Below the pieces are notes generated by a model. It did not search any database. It was not told the origin of the DNA and saw only the letters and a program-made list of their open reading frames with translations. A stretch of DNA of 64,000 nucleotides from Anthoceros angustus. Taxonomy: Eukaryota > Plantae > Anthocerotophyta. The stretch is from contig MU008168.1 of assembly GCA_010909165.1 (NCBI GenBank), forward strand, positions 434,001 to 498,000. Reading direction: 5' to 3'. The first letter of the stretch is position 1; every line of letters begins with the position of its first letter. Made by a program: the position numbers and the translations under genes. Below are positions 12,960 through 25,002 of the stretch, one piece after another.

Positions 12960-13875
12960 CCTTGGTGGTGTTTTGTACTAGCGGTTGGGCTTTATGCACC
13001 TTTGCTTTGGCCTCTTGATTCTTCCTTTACAACAAGCCCTTTTAAAAGACTTTGTATCATGAGTTGAGCGAGGAACCCTCCCTCTTTCAAGTGTCCTTGA
13101 GGCAAGATAGGTACAAGTCATCAACGGAAGCAAGGCAGCTCTTCCCTCCTTTCATGACCCTCTTCACAGACGGTTTTAAGGGGTTGCATGCGCATGCATC
13201 CTTACTCGACAAACAATTGGGCCAGACCAATTCCAGTCCATCCTTTTGGACCCTTCTATTCCAAGGCCCACAACAATCGTCTCTATTCTTGTTCTATGAT
13301 GGGCGTAGGAGCTTGGGATTGGCTTGCCTATGCATCTGATTTCACATCGCACCTATAACCTTTACTATAGCGATGCGCCTGCGTTTGGACTTGGTTCGTG
13401 AGTGGCTTTTCACTTCAGCCAGTAAATGTGGCTTTGCCCTAGACATATGTGGGATGCATCTTGCTCGTTGTCCCGGTGAGTCAACATATTACCACCCATG
13501 ATGCCATTCGTGATGTTATATTTGCAATAGCTCGTGAATGTGGGTGTATGGCTTGGAGGAGAACTAGGCTTTACCTAGGAATAGCCGATTAGAGCCGACT
13601 TCTATCTCGTTCGGGGTGATCAAGTCTCCGTGACAGATGTGGCAGTTACTGACCCAACATAGAACACCACCTTTGAATAGATTATCCTATCTAGTCAAGT
13701 TGGGCCGATGCTTGCTGACGGCTTCCAAGGTTACTAAGTATAGAGGAATGCAGTCAAACCACCTCTTCATCCGTTTGCCTTGGAGATATGGGCATTGGCT
13801 TGCAGACCACCTCTTCATCCGCTTGCCTTGGAGATATAGGCGTTGGCTAAGAACTTTGATAAATTGATGGAGTCC
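12960..13875 (+). mobile_element. CRE-clade non-LTR retrotransposon 3' ORF fragment (copy 2)
   Basis: GWALC, FQVSL, FPPFMTL and RLYSCSMMGVGAW, then the CCHC and RLE motifs. Near-identical to copy 3 apart from small indels. Confidence 0.75.
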
Positions 13876-14004
13876 TTCATGGATTCTGCTATGTGTGGGT
13901 ACCTCTTTCCTATCGGTAGTAGTTTAGGTCCTACTATGGGCATGGAGACGCAACCCGAAAGAGGGGGCGAGTGTGGTTCCGTTACGGGGGCCCGGGCGAG
14001 TGAA

Positions 14005-17000
14005 AGCAGCCACACCTCTTCCACAAACTCTAAACCACACCACACAAGCCACGGTGCTCCCACCAATCTGCACGCCACACATTTGCAGCCACACCTGCCA
14101 GGCTCACCAACCACAGTCCCTCTTCCATGCACCACACAGACATGTGCCACACCTCTTCCACACAACCTAAACCATACCACACAAGCCATGATGCTCTCAC
14201 CAATCTGCACGCCACACATTTGCAGCCACGCCTGCCAAGCTCACCAACCACGAGCCCCTGTTCCACAGACATGTGCCACACCTTTTCCACACACCCTAAA
14301 CCGCAGTACACAACCCATCTAAGCAGCCACACCTCTTCGACAAACCCTAAACCACACCAACAAAGCCACAACGCGCCCACCACAACGCGCCCACCAATCA
14401 GCCACCGTGCTTCCACCAATGTGCACGCCACACATTTGCAGCCACACCTGCCAAGCTCACCAGCCACGACCTTTCTTCCACATACTCCACAGACATGTGC
14501 CACACCTCTTTCACACACCCTACACCACACCACACAAGCCACGGTGCTCTCACCAATCCACATGCCACACATTTGCAGCCACACCTTCCAGGCTCACCAG
14601 CCACGGGCCTCTTTTCCACATACTACACAAACATGTGCCACACCTCTTCCACACACCCTAAACCGTACCACACAAGCCACGGTGCTCCCACCAATGTGCA
14701 CGCCACACATTTGCAGCCACACACCTTAGCTCCGACCTTGGGCCTCTCTTCCACATACTACACAAACATGTGCCACACCTCTTCCTTTTGACACCACAAG
14801 CCACGGTGCTCCACACGCCACATTGCACCACACACTTAAGCTCACCGACCACGGGCCTCTCTTCCACATACTACACAAACATGTGCCTCTTCCACACACC
14901 TAAACCACACGACAGCCACCGCGCCCACCAATCTGCCGCCACACATTTGCAGCCACACCACACAAGCCGTTGGCACACCTCTTCCACACACCCTAAACCA
15001 CACCACACAAACCCTAAACCACACACCGGGCTCACCAACCACACCACATGCCACACATTTGTAGCCACACCTCTTCCACGCAGCCTAAACCACATTGACA
15101 TACAAGCCACATTGCACACACCAATTTGCACGCCACACATTTGCAGCCACACACCGCCAAGTGACAAGCCACACCTCTTCCACACATCACACAGACATGT
15201 GCCACACCTCTTCCACATGTGCCACACCTCTTCCACACACCTTAAACCACACCACACAAGCCACCGCCCCACCAATCTGCCGCCACACATTTGCAGCCAC
15301 ACCACACAAGCCGGTGGCACACCTCTTCCACACACCCTAAACCACACCACACAAGCCACGCGCCCACCACACCACCAATCCACGTGCCACACATTTGTAG
15401 CCACACCTCTTCCACGCAGCCTAAACCACATTGACATACAAGCCACATTGCACACACCAATTTGCACGCCACACATTTGCAGCCACACACCGCCAAGTGA
15501 CAAGCCACACCTCTTCCACATCACACGGACATGTGCCACCTCTTCCACATGTGCCACACCTCTTCCACACACCTTAAACCACACCACACAAGCCACCGCC
15601 CCACCAATCTGCCGCCACACATTTGCAGCCACACCACACAAGCCGGTGGCACACCTCTTCCACACACCCTAAACCACACCACACAAGCCACGCGCTCACC
15701 AGGCACCCACCAATCCACGTGCCACACATTTGTAGCCACACCTCTTCCACGCAGCCTAAACCACATTGACATACAAGCCACATTGCACACACCAATTTGC
15801 ACGCCACACATTTGCAGCCACACGCCAGGTGACAAGCCACACCTCTTCCACATCACACGGACATGTGCCACCTCTTCCACATGTGCCACCTCTTCCACAC
15901 ACCTTAAACCACACCACACAAGCCACAGCGCACCCACCACACAACCATGCCACATTTGTAGCACCCCTTCCACGGACCCTAAACCACATTGACACATGCC
16001 ACAATGCACCCACAGCGCACCCACCAATCCATGTGCCACACATTTGCCACACACCACTTAGCTAAGTAGCCACTTCTTCCACAGTAAACCACACGGACAA
16101 GCCACAATGCACCTCCAATCTACACACCACATTTGCAGCCACACCTCCCTAGCTCACTAGCCGGGCCCTCTTAGTGGGCCATACACCTCACTTGCCAAGC
16201 TAAGCGGCACACCTCTTCCACAAACCCTAAACCACACCACACAAGCCACAACGCACCCACCAATCAGCCATTGTGCTTCTACCCATCGACCACGGCCCTC
16301 TTCCACACACCACATCGAGCCACACCTCTTCCACTAAACCACACCACACAAGCCACGATGCTCTCATCAATCATCGCCACACATTTGCGCCACACCTTAA
16401 GCTCACTAGCCAGGCCCTCTTCCATGCACCACACACGGATATGTGCCACAACTCTTTCACACACCATAAACCACACCACAAGCCACATTGCACCTACCAA
16501 TTTGCCGCGCCACATTTGCGGCCACACGCCAAGCTCACCGACCACGACTCCTCTTCCACACATCACACGAGACATGCGACACGCTTCACCTAAACCCTAC
16601 CACAAGCCACATTGCACCCACCAATTTGCCGCCACATTTGCGTACACACCTTAGCTCACTAACCACACCTCTTTCACGCCTCTAAACCACAACACACACA
16701 AGCCACCACACCACCAATCCACATGCCACATTTGTAGCCACACCTCTTCCACGCACCTAAACCACAACACACAAGCCACGCACCACCAATCTACACACCA
16801 CACTGCGCCACACCTCTTCCACAAACCCTAAACCACAACACACAAGCCACAACGCACCCACCAATCTACACACCACACATTTGCAGCCACACCTCTTCCA
16901 CAAACCCTAAACCACACCACACAAGCCACAACGCACCCCCCAACCTACACACCACTCATTTGCAGCCACACCTACCTAGCTCACCAGCCCCGGGCCCTCT

Positions 17001-17862
17001 TCCGTGGGCCATAGGAGTTCATGTGCCACACCTCTTCCACACACCCTAAACCACACCACACAAGCCACAACGCACCCACCAATCAGCCACCGTGCTCCCA
17101 CCAATCTGCACGCCATACATTTGCAACCACACCTGCCAAGCTCACCAGCCACGGGCCTCTCTTCCATGCACTACACATACATACGCCACACCTCTTGCAC
17201 ACAACCTAAGCCACACCACATAAGCCACAAGGCACCCACCAGCGCACCCACCAATTTGCACGCCACCCATTTGCAGCCACACCTGCCAAGCTCACCAGCC
17301 ACGACTCCTCTTCCATGCACCACACAGATATGTTCCACACCTCTTCCACACACCATAAACCACACCACACAACCCACATTGCACCCCACCAATTTGCACG
17401 CCACCCGTTTGCAGCCACACCTGCCAAGCTCACCAGCCATGGCCCCTCTTCCATGCACCACACAGCCATGTGCCACACCTCTTCCACACACCATAAACCA
17501 CACCACACAAGCCACGGTGCTCCCACCAATCTGCCCACACATTTGCAGCCAAACACAAGCGATGCCACACCTCTTCCACGCACCCTAAACCACAATACAT
17601 GTCACAAGCCACAGTGCTCCCACCAATCCACATGCCACATTTGCAGCCATACCTTGCTCACCAACCACGGGCCTCTCTTCCACATACACACAACCATGCG
17701 CCACACCTCTTCCACACCTCTTCCACACTCTACACAGACAAGCTACCATGCTCCCACCAATCGCATGCCACACATTTGTAGCCATACTTGCCAAGCTCAC
17801 CAATTACGGGCCTCTCTACCATGCACTACACGGACATGTGCCACATTTCTTTCACACACCCA
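14005..17862. repeat. CA-rich satellite array 2
   Basis: Same monomer (measured spacings 137 and 138 bp at 14011/14148 and 17335/17473). Diagnostic variants occur in the same order as in array 1, and both arrays end in the same block (...catttctttcacacacccattttgaatat). Confidence 0.95.
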
Positions 17863-18029
17863 TTTTGAATATATTATGCGTAACTATAAATCGCATATAT
17901 AGAGGCAATGTCCCTTAAATTCCCGATCTCGAGATTTGAGTGTCGCTTGGTTACTTTTAAATACATACCATAGTATACAAAAGCGTACTATGACCCTATG
18001 GCGGAACAAGTCGGGTTTTCCACAAAGGA

Positions 18030-18975
18030 ATCCTCCTTGGTGGTGTTTTGTACTAGCGTTGGGCTTTATGCGCTTTGCTTTGGCCTCTTGATTCTTCCTT
18101 TACAACAAGCCCTTTTAAAAGACTTTGTATCATGAGTTGAGCAGAACCCTCCCTCTTTCAAGTGTCCTTGAGGCAAGATAGGTACAAGTCATCAACGGAA
18201 GCAAGGCAGCTCTTCCCTCCTTTCATGACCCTCTTCACAGACGGTTTTAAGGGGTTGCATGCGCAGGCATCCTTTCTCGACAAACAATTGGGCCAGACCA
18301 ATTCCAGTCCATCCTTTTGGACCCTTCTATTCCAAGGCCCACAACAATCGTCTCTATTCTTGTTCTATGATGGGCGTAGGAGCTTGGCTGTTGGCTTGCC
18401 TATGCATCTGAGAGATTTCACATCGCACCTATAACCTTTACTATAGCGATGCGCTTCCGTTTGGACTTGGTTCAGCGAGTGGCTTTTTCACTTCGTACCT
18501 GTAAATGTGGCTTTGCCCTAGACATATGTGGGATGCATCTTGCTCGTTGTCCCAGCGGGGGCCAACATATTACCACCCATGATGCCATTCGTGATGTTAT
18601 ATTTGCAATAGCTCGTGAATGTGGGTGTATGGCTTGGAGGGAGAACTAGGCTTTACCTACAGGAATGACAGTTAGAGCCGACTTCTATCTCATTCAGGGT
18701 GATCAAGTCTCCGTGACAGATGTGGCAGTTACTGACCCAACATAGAACACCACCTTTGAATAGTAATATTATCCTATACCGTCCAAGTTGGACAGTAGCT
18801 AGGGGCGACGGCTTCCAAGGTTACTAAGTATAGAGGAATGCAGTCAAACCACCTCTTCATCCGTTTGCCTTGGAGAGATATGGAGCGTTGGCTTGCATGC
18901 AGACCACCTCTTCTTCATCCGCTTGCCTTGGAGAGATATAGAGGGTTGGCTAAGAACTTTGATAAATTGATGGAG
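18030..18975 (+). mobile_element. CRE-clade non-LTR retrotransposon 3' ORF fragment (copy 3, best preserved)
   Basis: NRLYSCSMMGVGAWLLA; FTIAMRFRLDL; CKCGFALDICGMHLARCPSGGQHITTHDAIRDVIFAIARECG..AWRE; RADFYL..TDVAVTDPT; KVTKY; HPLALERYRGLAKNFDKLM. Confidence 0.8.
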
Positions 18976-19306
18976 TCCTTCATGGATTCTGCTATGTGTG
19001 GGTACCTCTTTCCTATCGGTAGTAGTTTAGGTCCTACTATGGGCATGGAGACGCAACCCGAAAGAGGGGGCGAGTGTGGTTCCGTTACGGGGGCCCGGGC
19101 TCTTGGTTGGGCAGACGTAACCGCCCTGGCCGCGTTCTTTGTCATGGGAACCGGTCAGGAACGAGTACCGGTGGTCATGTCATGTTGCGTGTGTCCGGCG
19201 GGATACATGGGTGGCTGGAGTTGGAGCATTGCAGCAGCGGGGGCAGATTTAGGTGAAGGTCGAAATGTGGGGGGCTTGTGGGGAAGAGGCATGAAGGGGA
19301 GCAGAG

Positions 19307-22300
19307 ATGGGGAGCAGATACAGGCATTCGCCAAAGCTTGGTGCTTCGGGGAAGTGGGTGGGCAGGCTGACGATCACTTTGACTGCTCTGGGTGTCAGCT
19401 TCGTTGCTTGCAAGGTGGGATATGGGGTATGCGAATTTAGAATTTGCCTCATGTTGCGCTTCAGGGTTCCGCCCCTGGATGAGACTTGTTTTGATTTGTT
19501 TTGTTTTGCGTTGCATTGCAGGTGTTTAGAGAATGGCAAGCCTGCGGCAAGGTTCGCTACTCGTGGAGACCTGTGGCCAAGACCCGGCCTCTTCTTCCAA
19601 AGTATGCCCACTCGTTGACGGCTCTGAAGAGCAACGACGGGAGGTACCCCAAGGTGGGAACCAGAGAAAGGCAAATGGGCAGGCAGTTGCAGAGAAGGCA
19701 GCATCAGTCTTGTGGTTTTCACACTCCCCTGTATGGTGTGAAACACTTCAGGTGTTTGTTATGGGGGGAGATGGAATTGTGTCGGAGTCCCTGGATGTGC
19801 ATGTGCTGGATCAATCGCTGGCTTCGTGGAGAGTGGTGGGTGCTACTTGTGAGGATGGGCGGAGTTCCCAAGCTACAACTCATAGACGATGGAGTCATAC
19901 ATCCTCAGGTAAATGAGGTGGTAGGTGATCTTGTGAACGTGGTGTGGAGTGTGATGTGGAGCACGTGAAGCATCCGTGGCCTTGTTTTCTTGATTGTAGG
20001 TGTTGGCAGATCCATTTTTGTATTTGGAGGCCATCTCGTGGGAACACAAGTATCCAGCAGCTCCTTGCTTATCCATGCATCTCACAACGCGCGGAGGTCC
20101 CACAGTCCCATGCCGGCACGGGAAACAGTAAGTGGAAACAAAGTAAGGGGGTCATCATTGGCTTTGTGCACAACTGTGGCGTGGAGCGCTAAACTGAGAT
20201 GCTGCAATTGTTGCAGGCTGAAATTCTGGAGTTTGATGGCGACAGTTTTGTGTGGAGTACGCCCTCCTTGCATGGAAGGCCACCTTGTGCCCGCTGTTCA
20301 CATACATCTACCGTAGTTGGAACGAGAATTGTAATTGCCTGACCTGGTTTGCGCACTTGGACTTGGCGTTGTGCTTCAAACCGTGCATACATGGTGGTTT
20401 GGTGTGTACAAGTGTGGTGACATGACTTTGGAACTTGTCTCTCTGTTCCAGTTTGTGTTTGGTGGTTATGGTGAAGGAGTTCCGCTGAACGATGTACACA
20501 TTCTTGACACATTCTTGGGGACTTGGTAAGTTAGGGCTATTATGAGATGACACCTGATCAATCTTGACTGACTGCAGGTCGGAAGAGACCGCGATTCCCC
20601 CTGATCCTTCCATGACAAGTACCTTTTGTGGGTATGTAGGATAACTCCAAAGGTGATTGGTACACCTCCATCACCTCGCTGCTCTCATACTGCTTGTGTG
20701 GTTGATCATGGCAAGCGAATTATGATATACGGAGGTTATGGTGTCGGCCACGAAAAAGATATATGGTTCCTGGAGGTCTCTGACTGCGTGTCCGCCACTC
20801 ATGATAACTTCTGAAGAACTTTTTGATGTCGTTGGATATGTGCATACGCTTGGGACTGAGGTTTTCTGTTCGAGTGACTTCCGTTCGCCCTTCACAGATA
20901 AACACTCCATTTGTGAGAACCCAAGAGGAACTGGCAGGAACTGAAGTTGTAGCCTGGAGCAAGGGGATTATTGGTGAGGTTCCCCAACCTGTTGTCCTAT
21001 GCGGCCCCTCTGGCGTCGGGAAAAGCTCACTTATAAAGAAGTTGTTAGAAGACTTCCCAGATAGGTTTGGGTTCTCAGTGAGCCATACTACTCGCCAGCC
21101 GCGAGAGCAGGAGGTGCACGGAGTTCACTATTACTTCACGACTCGTGAAGTGATGGAAGCTGATATTGAGGACGGAAAGTTTCTTGAGTCAGCAGAAGTC
21201 CACGGCAACCTTTACGGGACCAGTATCGCCGCCATCGAAGCTGTGGGAAACGCCCAACAAGTAGCGGACACCTACTTTCATCCACAGACCTTTTTCTTCT
21301 CATTCAGTATATTGGTGCCAAAATTTCTGTAGTGTTAAAAAGCAGATTCTCTGAAATGCAGAGGTGCCTTTTGGATATAGATGTGCAAGGGGCTCGGCTA
21401 GTAAAGCACAGCTCTTTCCGTGCTCTATTCATCTTCATAGCACCTCCTACGTATGAAGACTTGGAGCAGCGAATTCGTGGAAGGTGAGACTTTACTATTT
21501 TTTCTTTTGCTACTCTAAATTGTAGTCTTCAATCTAGTGATAGTAGGCCACCCAGGTGCATATCTCTGACAATGGTTCAGGGGCACAGAGACTGAAGAGG
21601 AAGTAAGGAAGAGGTTGAGAAGTGCAAGAACAGAACTCCAAGAAGGCCAAAACTTGTGGTTGTTTGATCATATTTTAGTAAATGATAATTTTGATCAAAC
21701 ATATCAACAGCTTAAGGTAATTACGGATAAAATCTCCATCATATGAATCCTTACTTGCAATAATATTAAAATTCTGATTCTCTTTTGTTAAAAAATGTAG
21801 AAATTATTAGATTTGGATTGCTCTTGTATCCAACTATGCCCAGAATTGGAACAATGTGAGATCGAAAACCCACTTTGCTCGTATTGTATTCAACATGAAA
21901 ATAGGACACCACTACAAAATTGTAAGCATTGAGCTTAGCAATTCAACCAAGACAACTAGTCTAGAAGCGCAATTTAGCCTTAATTGCAAATATCACTCTT
22001 TGTAGGTATAGTGGAACATGAAGGGCGATCTGCTCATATAGCGGTAGCCATAGGAACTAGAGTGTTCATTTATGGTGGAATCAAACTTGGAGGGAGAGCA
22101 AGCAACGAATTGTAAGCCAAGCTTAGCTGTTCACTTTTGATGCTTTATATATCTACATTATAGTATTTCTTGACATCATCCATCTAATATCTTTAAATCC
22201 AATGTCTTCAACATGCAGGTTAGTACTTGAAGTAGGAAGCATAGTAGGAGGTGCACCTGGGGCAACGAGGAATTTAAAATGGTTGCGCTCAGAACCGGAA

Positions 22301-22468
22301 TATAACTATTCGGACTTGAATTTGTGGTCACCAACACGACTATCTGCTAGGTATAATCATCAAGCTGTGAAAATAAGTGCTGATGAAATCTTAGTAACAG
22401 GTGGATTCAATGGAAAGGCCCCTTTAGCTGATAGCTTTGTAATCAAGATATCAAAGGAACGAATATAA
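19307..22468 (+). CDS. Guanylate kinase fused to Kelch repeats (plant cytosolic-type GK family), multi-exon
   Basis: GK core [61 protein letters not shown] and FIFIAPP. Conserved [15 protein letters not shown] and GGAPGATR segments. Kelch-type xRxxHxxxxxGxxhhhhGG units on both sides. GT-AG introns. The first exon (19307-19414) is the least certain. Confidence 0.9.
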
Positions 22469-22959
22469 TAGATTTTGCATATAAATAGGATTATAGAGAT
22501 TTTAACAGAAGAAGAACCAATCCATTTTGGGCTTTGCAAAAAGTTCATGTGTCTTGATGATCATTCATTTATTTTAACATCTTACCAAAACACCCAATTT
22601 GAGTGAGTTGGCGCTACTGGAGTTAAAGCTTCACATCTTCTACAAACTTTATACATACTTTTAAAGTCTATGTTTTTATTGTACAAATATCTCACATTGA
22701 TCAATGAAAATCTTGTGATCCGTGTTCCGTAATATATGCCTAAGTGTTTATGACTATTTTGAAATGAGAGTAATATATTTTATTGTTTTTATTCTAGAAG
22801 AATGCGCATGTATTATCTATTAGGTACCAAACATAATAAATAAATACTTTTCAAAACTTTTTTGTGAAGTACTTATCATTTATAAAGAGAAAACTTTGCA
22901 TAAGGGCACTACTAAGGTAGGGCTAAGTTTGTAAACACGCTCACATACAGGTACGTTTC

Positions 22960-23480
22960 ATATAAGTACGTTCGGCAAAGTGATAGCTACAAAGTTCTTA
23001 TACCCATGTATCTAGTTGTTTCTTTTCATTCAAATTTTTTAGGGGTTTGAATGTAAGATACTTTAGGACAATCTAAACTCAGTAATCATTTTAAATTACT
23101 ATTTTAATGAAATACTTGTGCTAAAGCATACCACATCCGCAAGAACAAGGTAGGTCTCCCTCTTTACTATGTGGTGGCTTTCCTTTGGCAACGAGTATCC
23201 ATCGCCCTGTAGACGACGGTGACAAACGTAACTTTCAGGTTGGCTTCGAACGCGAGGGACGCAGCATCTTCAGCTCTGATGGTAAGTAAGCCCTTCCTTA
23301 TTATAGATTATGACATCTTGGGATCCGTAGGTAGCTTCAGGATAGACAATCGGGGGCTAGTCCCGTTGGCCTAGGGCTCTCTAGAGGCTTGTTCCCCATC
23401 GTCTCAATGTAGATGAGACTTCGCATCTCTGCATATTTACGAAGTCTCCACATTCTCTTTTAATGAAATATAATGTATAA
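22960..23480 (+). mobile_element. Old CRE-like retrotransposon 3' relic
   Basis: WQRVSIAL(*) at ~23187-23212 matches the CRE C-terminal QR(L/I)SIALQ motif. Degenerate K..Y and FxxxxF-G upstream. 9-bp stem gagacttcg/cgaagtctc (23415-23448) is followed by an A-rich stretch. Confidence 0.45.
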
Positions 23481-25002
23481 GAATCAGCAATATTAACATA
23501 GGCTCTGCTACAAATTATTTTATTTTACTTTAATTTTCCCTTGCCTCAAGAGTCCTGCAAACGGGAACTTGACATGCCCTGTGACGGTGGAGGCTCCGAC
23601 GACCCAACGGGTTTCATTATTCATAGAAAGTGGAGGAGGGGTAGGAAGTGGAGAAGGTGGTTAAAAATGAAAGTGGGAAGAGTTTTTCTCAACTGACATG
23701 TTTTCAATTCTATAGATATGTCGTGGCATCGTTGAATTGAATCAATTGAACTGGATTGAGTTCAATTTCGGGAGACCAACAGCAGTCGTCCAAGATGGAT
23801 GACTTGGATGGATTGAATAAATTGAAGTGGATTGAGTTGAATTCTGAGAGACCAACTGAAGACAAGCAACAATAAAATAAATGCCTAGGTGAAGGTAGCG
23901 ACGGATGTGAACTCACTTTGTTTGAACTGGTATACATTATCAACCTTGTACCCTTGACCTGACCGGGTGTATATTGCTGACTTTGTACCCTTGACCCTAT
24001 CCTGGTTTGGTAGGTCTGGCTGCTACATGCAAACCTGTAGTACCTATAACGTTTTAAGATAGGCGTTCATTAAATATTTTATACATAATTCTTTTGATCC
24101 ACAAAAACAAGGGCCCCGAGCGCCGGCTAGGAGGAAGTCCGTTGAGACATCGCTGTAGTGGTCGAATTTGGTAGCCGCCCATCTGGAATTGCAGGGCTAG
24201 AGAGTAGAGGGTCGAAGCAACTTGTGCGGGTGGAACAGGACGTACCAACTTATAAAGGCAAAGTGGCGGGTTTGGAAAGGCAGGGGAGGCGTTCCAATTT
24301 CCAGGCTGCTACTGCCATATCGCGGGCCCGGCCGCGGCAATGGGATCCCATCGTGAGCTGGCACAAGCAAGGAGATGCCCATGCCATGCCGGGCCGGGCC
24401 CAGGCCAGGGCCCTGGACCCCAGTCAGCGGCGAGACCCGTATGAAAACGCCGGGTCACGCCCGCAGCGGCTTCCTCGCGCCGTGCCCGTGGCCCCGGACT
24501 CAGCGCCAGTTTCGCCGGCCCCGCCCGCCACACCGCTCTCTCGCACTTCAGCGCCCAAGGCCGAGCCGGGCTTGCTTGTGCTTGTTCTCCGCAATGGCGT
24601 GATCATCTCGCTAAAATGCGCTTGCCCCGGGAATGCAACGCCGCTTGCCCGCTGCAGGCGCTGCCCCCGCATTCGCGCTCTTCTTCCTCTCTGCAAGCGC
24701 GTGCCAATCGCTGCCGCCGTTGCGTTTCGGATTGCTCTGCCCTGCGCTATGCGGTCCCTTGCTCCGCTTCCCTTTGCTTTGGTTTGGTGCAGCGATGATG
24801 CGCGGAGAGTGAGCGGCTCGCCGCGGTGGTGCGCAATCTCGTGCTGCCTACGTGCGGAGCCAGGGTTAGGATCGGGACGAGGCGGGCTCGGGGAGTGCGG
24901 ATTTGCGGCGGATTGGTACTGATATTGCAAGATTTGTTCAATGCGGTGGTGATAGGAGGCAATTGCTGCGGATCTGCATCTTGTGACTCGGAAGAAGATA
25001 CA

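Noticed and set aside
7508-17862. Dozens of His/Thr/Pro-rich and Val/Cys/Trp-rich ORFs; possible CRISPR-like array
   Set aside because: These are translations of a stop-poor satellite. There are no unique spacers or cas genes, and the context is eukaryotic.
7508-17862. True telomere or interstitial telomeric tract
   Set aside because: CCCTAAA occurs singly within monomers, never as tandem heptamer runs, and genes flank both sides.
22905-22915. CACTA pentamer as a transposon end
   Set aside because: No matching TAGTG terminus with extended TIR or 3-bp TSD was found.
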